The notes beneath the pieces are model-generated. The model saw only the letters and a list, made by a program, of their open reading frames with translations. It had not been told where the DNA came from and ran no database searches. Both the position numbers and the translations under genes were made by a program. This document shows positions 1 through 10,527 of a stretch of 60,569 bases of DNA, in pieces. The stretch comes from Fidelibacterota bacterium (GTDB lineage: Bacteria > Fidelibacterota > Marinisomatia > Marinisomatales > TCS55), in NCBI GenBank assembly GCA_046861385.1, contig JBHHTW010000011.1, positions 1 through 60,569 of the forward strand, given 5' to 3'. Each line of letters begins with the position of its first letter. Position 1 is the stretch's first letter.

Positions 1-41
1 ACCAGTTACCACTCTACCAGTTACCACTCTACCAATCACCC
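1..41. repeat. 15-bp tandem repeat ACCAGTTACCACTCT x2 plus a degenerate third unit (may extend beyond the window edge)
   Basis: 1-15 and 16-30 are identical, and 31-41 is ACCAATCACCC. It lies immediately downstream of the DUF2723 stop codon. Confidence 0.85.
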
Positions 42-42
42 A

Positions 43-3006
43 TTACCCCTCACCAATCTCTAATTCATCCAGAAGTTTCTTGGCTTCTTTATCTTTAGGA
101 TTTTTTTCCAACCATGATGAAAGCAGCTCCTTTGCTTCTTCATTCATTTCCAACTTTCGATAATTTATCACCAAACTTGAAACTATTTCCGGGTAATATT
201 TCCGATACTGGTTCCATAATTTTTTATTAATATTTTTTCTATTTTGACCGCCATCCAGGATTTTCGTTTCTAATTCCTGGTAATCACTATATAGATCATT
301 CAATAGTAATAAACTGGAATGATATTCCTTCATTTCCATATAGGATTGAGCGTACTCAAGGTTATAGCGAACCGTATTTCCTTTTCTATTTACCAATTCT
401 AAAAGTATTTCTTTATATTTGGAATCATTACCGATTCCATGATATAATCTACCGACCTGATAATAAAGGTCTCTATTTTCCATCCGGATCGTGTTTACCG
501 GTAAATTTTCAGCCATTTTATCTAATACCATTTCTGCTTTTTTCCGACTGGCTTCAGCGCTATCTTTATTTGCAGCCTGCAGACGTTGAAACTCCATAAA
601 ATGATGAACTGCTAATTGCATATATGCACTGCGGTAATTCTGGAGTAATCGTATAATTTGAGTATTATAAAAAACATTTTCGTTTCCCAAATTACGGAAT
701 AAATATTTATCATGGGGACTGCGGAACCATAACGAACCTTCATCTTTTTCCCATTTTGATCCTACTCGATTTTGATTCCAGGTTTCTTTATTAAACTCCG
801 TTAATAAATGATCTTCCATTCGATCAGGATTAATTCCTTTGGTTTTGAAGGGGCGAAGACGATAAACCAGTCCTTCCATTTCCAAATAATTTTCAAGACC
901 GATGCGATTACTGGGGGAAACTGTTACAGCAAAATATATGGGGGAAGACCAATCTGTATCATTAATGATTTGCATAATCATCATATCCTGAACTTTTAAT
1001 GCCTGTTTGGCATAAGTAGGTTTAACGGTCCAAGTGATCTGCTGTTCGCTTTCCACCGGGAAGGTCACCTCGCGGGTTTTCCAACGGGTTAGTCCGGCAG
1101 TAACATTACGTATATCATCATCAGATATTTTTATAAATCGCTTACCAATTATTTCATCCTCATCACGTTCGCGAATCCGTGTATTATATTCTTTATCACT
1201 CAGTCGAGATTCACGGAGTTGTTTAATATACCAAGGTGTATTTAATAAACTCAAATTCACAACCGATACATCTTTCCGAATCTTTTCCACTTCTTGTAAA
1301 TACCATAATGGGAATGTATCATTATCACCGTTTGTAAATAAAATTCCGTTTGGCTCGCAGGATTGGAGCAGATTATAACTATAATCCCAGGCGACATAAT
1401 TACCGCTTCGGTCATGTTCTTTATAATTGGCCTTTAGCATCACGAGTGGAATAAATATAATCTGTAGCAATAGGGTGCCCATAATAACCTGATGGCTCAA
1501 TTTTGGCTTTTTAATAAAATTCAAGATCCACTCACTGATTGCAGCTGAACCTACTCCAATCCATACAGAAAAGGCCAGAAAGCTGCCAACGTAAGAATAA
1601 TCCCGTTCCCTGGGCTGTGGGTTATCCTGGTTCAAATAAAAAATGAGCAGCCAACTGGTGACAAAAAATAGAGAGAATATTGAGAATGAAACGGTCCAAT
1701 CTTTTTTAGAATGATACACGAGTCCAATCATTCCGAATATGAGTGCAAAGGGCAGGCCAAATTGAAACCAGTTAACACCGTCCTCTCGATTATTGGCTCC
1801 CATTGCACTTGTAAAGTCATCGGTTGAAGGACCTCTGCCGGCAAACTGCCATAGAAAATATCGATTATACATTTTCCGAATCTGGTAATTCCACAAAAAA
1901 TCCCATTGTTTATTGAAATTATAAAATTTATACTTTCTGTCTTGGCGTGAAGAATATGTATTTCTTCCTGCTGCCGGTCTCCCAACGACTTCATGTTTGG
2001 GTGGAAGTCCATTATAGCGCCTGGGGAATTGACTGATTTCGCCATATTGTTCGCGCTGCATATATGAAATGGCAGCAGACATATTTTCCGGGTTATTTTC
2101 ATCTATTGCCGGATCCTGTCCAGAACGGATAAATATCAATGAATAACTTGAAAATCCAATTAATATAAGAACAGCCGAAGACAGGGCTAAAGACACTAAC
2201 TGATGCTTATTCTTTATAGACCAAATTGCAGCACCCAGAACGAAGAGGACTAAAAAAATAACACCTTTGAGTCCGGCAAATTCAGCGAAGTTTGGCAGGC
2301 CAAGGATGATTCCATTATGGATGATCAGAAAAATTAAAATTGTAATTATGGTTGTAATAAAAAAGGTCTTCCATTGAAATTCCATTTTACGGAAATATAT
2401 AATTAATGCAATGAACGGTAGTGTCAATAAATTTAAAATATGAACACCGATTGCCATACCAAACATGTAGGCTATTATCAGAATATAACGCTCGCTTCCT
2501 GGTTTATCAGCTCTGTCAGACCAATGGAGGATCAACCAGACAACAATCGCCGTAAAGAAGGTACTCATTGCATACACTTCTGCTTCAACGGCATTGAACC
2601 AATGACTGTCGGTAAATGCAAAAGTCATAGCTCCGACAAACGCGGCGCCAAAGGCTATTAATGAATCTTGACGGGTTCGAATTTCACCACGCCAATGGGC
2701 AATCACCTTAACAATAATTAAATAAAGAAGCATCACGGCTATAGCGCTCGTTATGGGTGAGATAAGATTTACACGGTAGGCAATATCTGTATTAAGGGGC
2801 AGCATTGAAAATAGTCTACCAAGAATCAAATAGAGCGGACTCCCCGGAGGATGAGGAACACCCAATATGTACGATGTGGCGATGAATTCTCCACAGTCCC
2901 AATACGGTACTGTAGAAGCCATAGTGCTCAAATAAACAATAAATGAAACGACCAGAGTGATGGCCGCAATTATTCTATTTAATAACATATTATCTTTAGA
3001 AATCAC
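43..3006 (-). CDS. DUF2723 / TMEM260-like multi-TM membrane protein (GT-C-like glycosyltransferase candidate) with helical/TPR-like C-terminus
   Basis: Family-typical motifs YWDCGEFIA, GVPHPPGSPL, AVEAEVY, QPRERDYSY and FTNGDNDTFPLWY. It has many TM segments in the N-terminal half. Confidence 0.85.
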   Translation of the reverse strand: MISKDNMLLNRIIAAITLVVSFIVYLSTMASTVPYWDCGEFIATSYILGVPHPPGSPLYLILGRLFSMLPLNTDIAYRVNLISPITSAIAVMLLYLIIVKVIAHWRGEIRTRQDSLIAFGAAFVGAMTFAFTDSHWFNAVEAEVYAMSTFFTAIVVWLILHWSDRADKPGSERYILIIAYMFGMAIGVHILNLLTLPFIALIIYFRKMEFQWKTFFITTIITILIFLIIHNGIILGLPNFAEFAGLKGVIFLVLFVLGAAIWSIKNKHQLVSLALSSAVLILIGFSSYSLIFIRSGQDPAIDENNPENMSAAISYMQREQYGEISQFPRRYNGLPPKHEVVGRPAAGRNTYSSRQDRKYKFYNFNKQWDFLWNYQIRKMYNRYFLWQFAGRGPSTDDFTSAMGANNREDGVNWFQFGLPFALIFGMIGLVYHSKKDWTVSFSIFSLFFVTSWLLIFYLNQDNPQPRERDYSYVGSFLAFSVWIGVGSAAISEWILNFIKKPKLSHQVIMGTLLLQIIFIPLVMLKANYKEHDRSGNYVAWDYSYNLLQSCEPNGILFTNGDNDTFPLWYLQEVEKIRKDVSVVNLSLLNTPWYIKQLRESRLSDKEYNTRIRERDEDEIIGKRFIKISDDDIRNVTAGLTRWKTREVTFPVESEQQITWTVKPTYAKQALKVQDMMIMQIINDTDWSSPIYFAVTVSPSNRIGLENYLEMEGLVYRLRPFKTKGINPDRMEDHLLTEFNKETWNQNRVGSKWEKDEGSLWFRSPHDKYLFRNLGNENVFYNTQIIRLLQNYRSAYMQLAVHHFMEFQRLQAANKDSAEASRKKAEMVLDKMAENLPVNTIRMENRDLYYQVGRLYHGIGNDSKYKEILLELVNRKGNTVRYNLEYAQSYMEMKEYHSSLLLLNDLYSDYQELETKILDGGQNRKNINKKLWNQYRKYYPEIVSSLVINYRKLEMNEEAKELLSSWLEKNPKDKEAKKLLDELEIGEG

Positions 3007-3407
3007 TTTTTCCCCTCGTTGTTTTTATCTACACCATTATTGGTGTTCCTTGACTCTTCTTCCAGTTTGTTTTTTTGCCCTTTCCCCTCTTTCTCGCCTT
3101 CGCTAAAGCTTCGGCCGGTAGGCATCTTATCTTCAGTTTTTTTATTCTTTTCCTCAACAAAATTCATTTTTAACTCTCGAACAAGGTGGTCTAAATATTG
3201 ATCCTCATTTTGAGACAAATTTCCTTTCATACGCTTGTGAAGCATTTCCAGCATATCGATTTGTATAGTCGCTTGATCTAAGTCTTTTTCCAATTGATCA
3301 TTAATGGGATTTTTGATTTTCCCCAAAAATACCCAGGAACTATGGACCAAAGATGAAATGAGTTGATCAAATAATTGCTGTTCTGTTAATTTATTCCCCG
3401 GAGACAT
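3003..3407 (-). CDS. DUF1844 domain protein with K/E-rich tail
   Basis: LGKIKNP...DLDQA...IDMLEML..KMKGNL..E...L...L.MNFV pattern. Its stop overlaps the next start (ATGA). Confidence 0.8.
   Translation of the reverse strand: MSPGNKLTEQQLFDQLISSLVHSSWVFLGKIKNPINDQLEKDLDQATIQIDMLEMLHKRMKGNLSQNEDQYLDHLVRELKMNFVEEKNKKTEDKMPTGRSFSEGEKEGKGQKNKLEEESRNTNNGVDKNNEGKK
3093..3122. repeat. GC-rich REP-like mini-palindrome inside the DUF1844 coding tail
   Basis: The minus strand reads CCTACCGGCCGAAGCTTTAGCGAAGGCGAG (hairpin GCC-GAA-GCT-TT-AGC-GAA-GGC) within an otherwise A-rich tail. Confidence 0.55.
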
Positions 3408-3533
3408 ATTTTCTTACTTAACGTCGTATTATTGCTGTTGTTTCAACGAAATAAAGTCCGCGAATTTATGTCTTATATTGGAAAAGATGAATGTTTGATT
3501 ATCTACTTGTTAAAATATGATATTATTATCATT

Positions 3534-4406
3534 TTATTTCATTACATAAATCAACGAACTGCATTTCTCTTTATTCAATAATGAAGAAACCCATGAAACA
3601 AGTCCGTTCCAAAGTCCGGAGATTGCTGACTGACCCCTATGTTGAGCACTTAGCATTGAAACATAAAACCCATCAAATTGCATTCTACGAATATCCATAA
3701 TTGAAAACCCATTTCCAGTCATGATTTTTTCCGCGGAATGTGGAGAGAAATGATATAAATGTCTTGGGACATCATAAGCAGCCCAATCTGCTCCGTATTT
3801 ATCAGCATCAGTAGATTCATAATTCGGCAGTGCAGCGATCAATACACCGTTCGTATTTAGCTGCATTCGAATTTTTTCCAAATATATCCAAGGTTCATGA
3901 ACATGCTCTAAACTATGCCAGCAGGTAATGATATCATATTTTTCATCTGAGTTCAACCATTCAGTCTGGGAATTAACCGAAATCCCAAACTGATTTTTCA
4001 CAAATGTGCGTGCTTTGATTGAGGCATCTATTCCCGCGACATCCCAGCCGTTTGATTTCATCATATTCAAAAAATGTCCGGTGCCGCATCCCATATCCAG
4101 AAGTTTTCCGGTTTTCCTGCCAAGGGCGGATTCGACCAATCGCCTCTTCTTTGAAAGCATGATAGAGCGTACCATTTTATACACTCCATCAAATAGACTT
4201 CTTGTTTGATCAGAATGGGAGATATATTCATCCGATTCATAATAGCTGCCAATGATATCTTTTTCAGGAAATGGGCTTGTTATCCCCAATCGGCAGCTTG
4301 GACATTCCATAATGTCAAAATTGTCCTTGGACACCAAATAATCTTTGGTTGTAAAAAGGTTTTTCAACTCACGTTTGCATATGGGGCAATTTGTTTGCTC
4401 GATCAT
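3534..4406 (-). CDS. Class I SAM-dependent methyltransferase with N-terminal Zn ribbon
   Basis: CPIC...CPSC, motif I LDMGCGTG, WHSLEHV and YDVPRHLYHF. Confidence 0.85.
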   Translation of the reverse strand: MIEQTNCPICKRELKNLFTTKDYLVSKDNFDIMECPSCRLGITSPFPEKDIIGSYYESDEYISHSDQTRSLFDGVYKMVRSIMLSKKRRLVESALGRKTGKLLDMGCGTGHFLNMMKSNGWDVAGIDASIKARTFVKNQFGISVNSQTEWLNSDEKYDIITCWHSLEHVHEPWIYLEKIRMQLNTNGVLIAALPNYESTDADKYGADWAAYDVPRHLYHFSPHSAEKIMTGNGFSIMDIRRMQFDGFYVSMLSAQHRGQSAISGLWNGLVSWVSSLLNKEKCSSLIYVMK

Positions 4407-6481
4407 CAGCCAATGTTCACCGTATCCAAATATTGTGCATAATCTCTCATCAGCCTTTCTTTCATTAGAACGTGCTTCTCTAATTTCAAATCCCTCTTGG
4501 CTATCTCTTGAGCTGCTTTTCTCGCTTTTCTTATAATGGGTCCATCGGTGACTAAATCTGCAATCTTATATTTAAAAAATCCACTTTGTTCGGTACTAAA
4601 AAACTTACCGGGTCCACGTAACTTCAAGTCTTCATCTGCAATAACAAAACCATCATTGGTTTTTTCCATGATAGACAGACGCTTTCGGGATGTGTCTCTA
4701 ATATTCCGTTCCACTAAAATACAATAACTTTTTGCACTGCTTCGACCCACGCGTCCCCGGAGTTGGTGGAGTTGCGTTAAGCCAAATCGCTCTGCATGTT
4801 CAATAAGCATAACGGTTGCATTGGGTATATCAATCCCTACTTCAATCACCGTAGTTGAAACCAAAATGTGAATTTTATTCTTTTCATACGCATTCATAAT
4901 CGCATCTTTTTCATCTTTTTTCATTCTTCCATGAATGAGCCCGATATTCAACCCTGAAAATATTTTTTTCAGATTCTCAAACCCTTCTGTGGCAGCCAAA
5001 AGATCAGACTTTTCAGTTTCTTCCACCAGAGGATATACAATCATACATTGATGACCGGCTTTTACTTCTTCGCTCATAAATTTATACACATTCTGCAAAC
5101 GGTTTTCATCCACTATTTTAGTCGTAACCGGCTTTCGATTTTTGGGCATTTCATCTATGATGGAAATATCCATATCGCCGTGATAAGTGATCGCCATGGT
5201 CCGGGGAATGGGTGTAGCCGTCATAGCTAACAAATGAGGATTAAGACCCTTTTTTAATAAATCTCCTCGCTGCACTACACCAAAACGATGCTGTTCATCC
5301 ACCACGACAAACCCCAATTTTTTGAATTCAACCGTCTTTTGGATTAAGGCATGAGTTCCGATTAGGATGTCAATAGATCCATTTTTCACAGACTCTAATA
5401 TTTTATTCCGCTCACTTGTTTTCTGATTGCCCACTAATAGCGCACAGATGATGTGAACTTTATTTAATTGTATTTTGAATGATTCATAATGCTGGTGCGC
5501 CAATATTTCTGTGGGAACCATCACGGCAGCTTGTACACCATTGGCGACTGCATTTATCGCTGCTAATATAGTGACGATTGTTTTCCCTGAACCGACATCT
5601 CCCTGAAGTAATCGATTCATAGGTATGGGTTTTTCCATGTCATGGTGTATTTCTTTTAATACCCTTTTCTGTGCAGGTGTAAGTGCGAATTCCAGGGAAT
5701 CCAATATCCATTTCATTCTTGAGTCCGATTTTTTCAATGGATTCGTCCCCTGTTTTTGATACGATCGATGGCGAAGAATCATCAAAAGCTGCAAAAAATA
5801 ATGTTCATCAAACTTCAGTCGATAAGTCGCCTGTTTTAAATCCTCGAGAGATTCGGGGAAATGAATATTTTGTATAGCATTTCTCTGAGAACATAAATTA
5901 TTCGATTGGATGATCTCTTTATCCAAATAATCAGCAAACGATTGAATTTGATCTGACAATGTTTTAATGATTCTGCGCAGACTGCGATGATCAATATGAG
6001 CATTCCTCAATTGAGAAGATAGCGGATAGAGTGGAATAATAGTACCTGTATTGATTGGGTCAGCATCCGTATCCAATTTATCATAATCGGGGTGGATAAT
6101 TTGCAAGCCATTGTAAAACTCCACCTTCCCATGGATAGCCATTCGATCTCCTTTTTCCATGGCATTCTTTATATATTTAACTCCATTGAACCAGACCAAT
6201 GAAATTAATCCCGTCCCATCAGAGAGAACCGCTTCATAAATTTTACGCTTTCGAGTCTGCCGTTCACCGCAGATTTCAATCGTTCCGATTATGGTCGTTT
6301 CGTCACCTTTTTTGATATCTCGAATGGATTTAACCGTTGTACGATCCAGGTATCGCCGAGGATAATAATGTAAAATATCATTTACAGTTTGGATGCCGGT
6401 TAATGCTAAAGCTTCAGCCCTTTTTGGACCGATACCCTTAATATATTGTATAGGGGTATTTAAATCAGGCTGTGTTGACAC
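4406..6481 (-). CDS. recG: ATP-dependent DNA helicase RecG
   Basis: KGIGPKRA wedge domain, LLQGDVGSGKT, DEQHRFG, MTATPIPRT, QLHQLRGRVGR and DLKLRGPG. Confidence 0.97.
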   Translation of the reverse strand: MSTQPDLNTPIQYIKGIGPKRAEALALTGIQTVNDILHYYPRRYLDRTTVKSIRDIKKGDETTIIGTIEICGERQTRKRKIYEAVLSDGTGLISLVWFNGVKYIKNAMEKGDRMAIHGKVEFYNGLQIIHPDYDKLDTDADPINTGTIIPLYPLSSQLRNAHIDHRSLRRIIKTLSDQIQSFADYLDKEIIQSNNLCSQRNAIQNIHFPESLEDLKQATYRLKFDEHYFLQLLMILRHRSYQKQGTNPLKKSDSRMKWILDSLEFALTPAQKRVLKEIHHDMEKPIPMNRLLQGDVGSGKTIVTILAAINAVANGVQAAVMVPTEILAHQHYESFKIQLNKVHIICALLVGNQKTSERNKILESVKNGSIDILIGTHALIQKTVEFKKLGFVVVDEQHRFGVVQRGDLLKKGLNPHLLAMTATPIPRTMAITYHGDMDISIIDEMPKNRKPVTTKIVDENRLQNVYKFMSEEVKAGHQCMIVYPLVEETEKSDLLAATEGFENLKKIFSGLNIGLIHGRMKKDEKDAIMNAYEKNKIHILVSTTVIEVGIDIPNATVMLIEHAERFGLTQLHQLRGRVGRSSAKSYCILVERNIRDTSRKRLSIMEKTNDGFVIADEDLKLRGPGKFFSTEQSGFFKYKIADLVTDGPIIRKARKAAQEIAKRDLKLEKHVLMKERLMRDYAQYLDTVNIG

Positions 6482-6487
6482 AAGGAA

Positions 6488-7801
6488 TTATTTCCATTCC
6501 TTGCGATATGTATAAGTCACTGTTTTTGAATCTCCTGGTTCTACCGTAAATGGGAAATAAATGGTGGATGCATCTTTTTTAATATAATTATCCGATGCAT
6601 CACGAATGACCCAATCACCATGAATTCGTTCTTCGAGACGGATAGAAATAGCTTCGTCTTTAATATTATTCACAACGATCTCAATGGATGCGTCTTCACT
6701 TTTTCGTTGGCGGTCGTAATGCAGGACTGTCCTTTTACCAATCACATCAAAAGCCCGTCCACCGGAAATCGTTGCTGTTTCGCCTTTGGGAACTTGTTTT
6801 AGTTCATCCTGACCGGCATATTCCATGGAACCATCAGATGATTGTAAATACAAACTAATTTTTCCATGAGGCAGAGGAATATTCAATCCGTTTTCCTCAG
6901 TGTTTGCAAACTGAATCTCAATTTGAAGTGGTTCTTCTTTTTTGCTTCGTTCAGAATTTTTAAAAACATAGGTTCTTGTAAAATCTACTGTCCGAGGCTC
7001 ATATAACCTGACTGTGATATTTTGGTTTTGTTTCAAGTCAATTTTCCCCGGTATAGAGTAAATATGAAAATCACCTAGTGCCTCTTCTGCTGCCACAGCA
7101 CTGATTTCATCTGCCATCATACTTGTTTTCGCCCGATATACCGGCTGGGGCCGTCCCCCTTTTTTTTGCAAATTTCCTTCCACCAATTTCAAAGAATAAC
7201 GATTAAAATCGATGCTGCTATGATTAACAATGACCGCTTCAGTAATAAGTTCGCCTTTTGTTCCATTCTGTACAAAGCGATACACAGCATTCCAATGGAA
7301 ACCTCCTGTAAGGTATACAAGGTTCCCTCGGACATTCCCACCTTTTGAGCTATAAATATCCCAAGTCAATTCGGGCCGTAACTTTGGGACTATTTTTGTA
7401 TCCCGTGTGTACATATAAGTCACTTTATTACCTGAAATAGTAAGGATTTCTTTCCGAGTTTTAAGGGAAATACTGTTCTCATTAAATTCGATCAAAGTGC
7501 CTTCATGAATTTTTTCATTTTCAACCATTACATAAACATTCTCTCCAATTTTATTTCTGAAATATTCGTCTCCATTGAAGACATCGTTTTTAAAATGCTG
7601 ATAATGAACCACCGTATTTTCTAACATTAAAAATGGTGAATCCGGAAGGAGATCAGCGGGTAATTTATTATAAGTGATTTCAAATTGCTTTGAAGGAATA
7701 CTCCACTGGACTGATTCTTTCACCAATGCTATATTATCTTTATAAATAGTCATATTTTGGCTAAATAAAAGAAGGGGTATTAATAAGATGAATATTCTCA
7801 T
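6488..7801 (-). CDS. DUF4139/DUF4140-like secreted protein
   Basis: Signal peptide, then TIYKDNIALVKE, YLTGGFHWNAVY, NTEENGLNIPLPHGKI and GRAFDV. Confidence 0.75.
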   Translation of the reverse strand: MRIFILLIPLLLFSQNMTIYKDNIALVKESVQWSIPSKQFEITYNKLPADLLPDSPFLMLENTVVHYQHFKNDVFNGDEYFRNKIGENVYVMVENEKIHEGTLIEFNENSISLKTRKEILTISGNKVTYMYTRDTKIVPKLRPELTWDIYSSKGGNVRGNLVYLTGGFHWNAVYRFVQNGTKGELITEAVIVNHSSIDFNRYSLKLVEGNLQKKGGRPQPVYRAKTSMMADEISAVAAEEALGDFHIYSIPGKIDLKQNQNITVRLYEPRTVDFTRTYVFKNSERSKKEEPLQIEIQFANTEENGLNIPLPHGKISLYLQSSDGSMEYAGQDELKQVPKGETATISGGRAFDVIGKRTVLHYDRQRKSEDASIEIVVNNIKDEAISIRLEERIHGDWVIRDASDNYIKKDASTIYFPFTVEPGDSKTVTYTYRKEWK

Positions 7802-10431
7802 TGCAGCATCTCCAAATTGGCATTTACTTTTTCTAGTTCAGTAGACATTTCTTCCTGTTTTTCTTTTTCTCTCATTATGATATGGTTGGGCGCTTTACTA
7901 ATAAACTGATCATTTAACAGCTTTCCAGCTATCCCTTTTAAATGACCTTTAATTTCGTTGGCTCTTTTCTGAAGACGAGATCGCTCCACATCCAAGTCAA
8001 TTAAACCACCCAAAGGGATATAAAGTTCATTTTTTCCTATAACAACTGTGGCTGATTGATCCGGTTTTTTCTGATTTGCACTTGCCTCAATGGATGACGT
8101 CCCGGTAAGAGAAGATATTACGGTTCCATATTGATTTAAGAAACCTGCCATACCATTATCACATTTTGCAATTAGATCGGACTTTTTTGCAGGAGGTATA
8201 TTCATACGACTTCGAATGGTTCGAATACCCGAAATAACATCCTGTAATAATGTCATCTCCTTTTCTGACTCATTATTTAACCAATTTTCCTCAACTTTTG
8301 GCCAGCTTGTTACTATGATATCCGGATCATTATCATTCTTAAAATGAGACCATAATTCTTCAGAGATGAATGGGGCAAATGGATGGAGGATCGCCAAAGT
8401 GTTTCTTAATACATAAATAGCTACTGCCCTTGAAACATTGGCCACATGGGCATCTTCTCCATAAAATCGCGTCTTCGCAATTTCTATGTACCAGTCACAA
8501 AAATCACTCCACGTAAATTCATAGAGCACTTTTGCAGCTTCGTTAAAGTGAAACCTGTCTAACTGTTTGTTAAATGCAATGATGGCTTTTTGCAATTTGC
8601 TCATTATCCAGCGTTCCGGCAGATCCAATTCTTCATTCATAAGATCAATATCCTGGTTTTTCCCCTCTTCTAAGTTCATCAGAACAAAACGGGATGCGTT
8701 CCAGAGTTTATTCATAAAATTGCGACCTACTTCCAATCGGGAGGATGAAAATAAAACATCAAGACCCTGAGGCGCCATGAGCATGGTTCCAAAACGAACT
8801 GCGTCGGTACCGTATTTTTCAAATAGATCAAAAGGGTCCGGTGAGTTCCCCAATGATTTACTGAATTTCCGACCTGTTTCATCCCGGAGGATAGACGTGA
8901 AATACACATCTTTAAAAGGTAATTCATTCATGAATTCATAACCGGTGATAATCATTCGTGCAACCCAAAAAAAGATAATGTCCGGTCCGGTGACCAATGC
9001 ATTCGTGGGATAAAAATAACTTAATTCTTCACTCCTCTTTGGCCAATTAAGAACGGCAAAGGGCCACAGCCATGAACTTGCCCAGGTATCCAATACATCG
9101 GGATCTCTATCCCAATTTTCAGGATCGTCCGGCCCATCTACAGATACGTGTAATCTTTTAGGATCATCTTTATGATACCAAACCGGAATCTGGTGTCCCC
9201 ACCAGAGCTGACGGCTGATACACCAATCTCTAATATTTCCCATCCAATGATTATAAGTTTTAACCCAATGCTGTGGATGAAATTTAATTTTGCCGTCAGA
9301 CACTGCTTCCAGTGCCGGTTTGGCCAGCTCATCCATTTTCATGAACCATTGTTCGGACATATAAAACTCAATGGGTACTTGGCCTCGTTCGGAATATCCA
9401 ACTTTATTTACGTAATCTTCTGTCAATTCCAAATAACCCTGCTCATCTAAATCTTTTACAACTGCTTTTCGAGCTTCTTCTCTGGATAAATACTGATAGA
9501 CCTTTGGAACATTTTCATTAAGGGACGCATCATCATTCATAATGTTGATGAATTCAAGATGATGACGCTCGCCCATTGCAAAATCATTGGGATCATGTGC
9601 CGGTGTTACCTTTACGCAGCCCGTTCCAAATTCCGGATCTACATATTTATCGGCAATGACAGGTATCTCTCGCCCCACTAATGGAAGTATAATCGCTTTG
9701 CCGACTAAATGTGCATATCGTTCATCTTTTGGATGTACTGCGACTGCTGTATCTCCCAGCATTGTTTCTGGTCTTGTTGTGGCTACAACCATGAATTCAT
9801 CACTATCTTTTACCGGATATTTGAAATACCACAAATGACCTTTTACTTCTCGATGAATCACTTCTTCATCACTAATGGCAGATTTAGATATGGGACACCA
9901 GTTTACTAAACGGTGACCTTTATAGATCAATCCTTTTTCAAATAATTTTACAAAAGCAGATGAAACGGCTTTTGAATACCCTTCATCCATGGTGAACCGC
10001 TCTCGCTCCCAGTCACAGGAACAGCCAAGCTTTTTCAGCTGCTGGATAATAATTCCGCCATATTTCTCTTTCCATTCCCAGGCGTATTTTAAAAAATCTT
10101 CTCTAGAGAGATTGTTCTTATCTATCCCCTGTTGTTTGAGGCTTTGAACTACTTTTCCTTCTGTAGCAATGGATGCGTGATCTGTGCCGGGAATCCAACA
10201 TGCTTCTTTTCCTTCCATGCGAGCTTTACGAATTAAAATATCCTGAATCGTATTATTCAGTACGTGTCCCATCGTAAGCATGCCCGTTACATTCGGCGGA
10301 GGAATAACAATCGTATAGGGTTCTTTATCTGAGTTTACTATTGCATGGAAATAGTCTTCAGCCATCCAATGCTGATACCATTTCTCTTCAATTGCGGTGG
10401 GCGTATAAACTTTATCCAGCTTTACAGTCAT
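7798..10431 (-). CDS. valS: Valine--tRNA ligase
   Basis: PPPNVTG, GTDHASIAT, ATTRPET, DWCISRQLWWGH, DVLDTW, KFSKS and a C-terminal coiled coil. Confidence 0.98.
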   Translation of the reverse strand: MTVKLDKVYTPTAIEEKWYQHWMAEDYFHAIVNSDKEPYTIVIPPPNVTGMLTMGHVLNNTIQDILIRKARMEGKEACWIPGTDHASIATEGKVVQSLKQQGIDKNNLSREDFLKYAWEWKEKYGGIIIQQLKKLGCSCDWERERFTMDEGYSKAVSSAFVKLFEKGLIYKGHRLVNWCPISKSAISDEEVIHREVKGHLWYFKYPVKDSDEFMVVATTRPETMLGDTAVAVHPKDERYAHLVGKAIILPLVGREIPVIADKYVDPEFGTGCVKVTPAHDPNDFAMGERHHLEFINIMNDDASLNENVPKVYQYLSREEARKAVVKDLDEQGYLELTEDYVNKVGYSERGQVPIEFYMSEQWFMKMDELAKPALEAVSDGKIKFHPQHWVKTYNHWMGNIRDWCISRQLWWGHQIPVWYHKDDPKRLHVSVDGPDDPENWDRDPDVLDTWASSWLWPFAVLNWPKRSEELSYFYPTNALVTGPDIIFFWVARMIITGYEFMNELPFKDVYFTSILRDETGRKFSKSLGNSPDPFDLFEKYGTDAVRFGTMLMAPQGLDVLFSSSRLEVGRNFMNKLWNASRFVLMNLEEGKNQDIDLMNEELDLPERWIMSKLQKAIIAFNKQLDRFHFNEAAKVLYEFTWSDFCDWYIEIAKTRFYGEDAHVANVSRAVAIYVLRNTLAILHPFAPFISEELWSHFKNDNDPDIIVTSWPKVEENWLNNESEKEMTLLQDVISGIRTIRSRMNIPPAKKSDLIAKCDNGMAGFLNQYGTVISSLTGTSSIEASANQKKPDQSATVVIGKNELYIPLGGLIDLDVERSRLQKRANEIKGHLKGIAGKLLNDQFISKAPNHIIMREKEKQEEMSTELEKVNANLEMLQ

Positions 10432-10527
10432 GATTCACGTGATCCCGATGACGGCAATAAAACAGGTGAACTAATAGTGGGCATGAACACAAATCTATCG
10501 GTTACCATTTACCGCTATCCATTTCCC

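Noticed and set aside
1-41. Possible CRISPR array edge
   Set aside because: The 15-bp units are contiguous with no unique spacers, and there are no cas genes.
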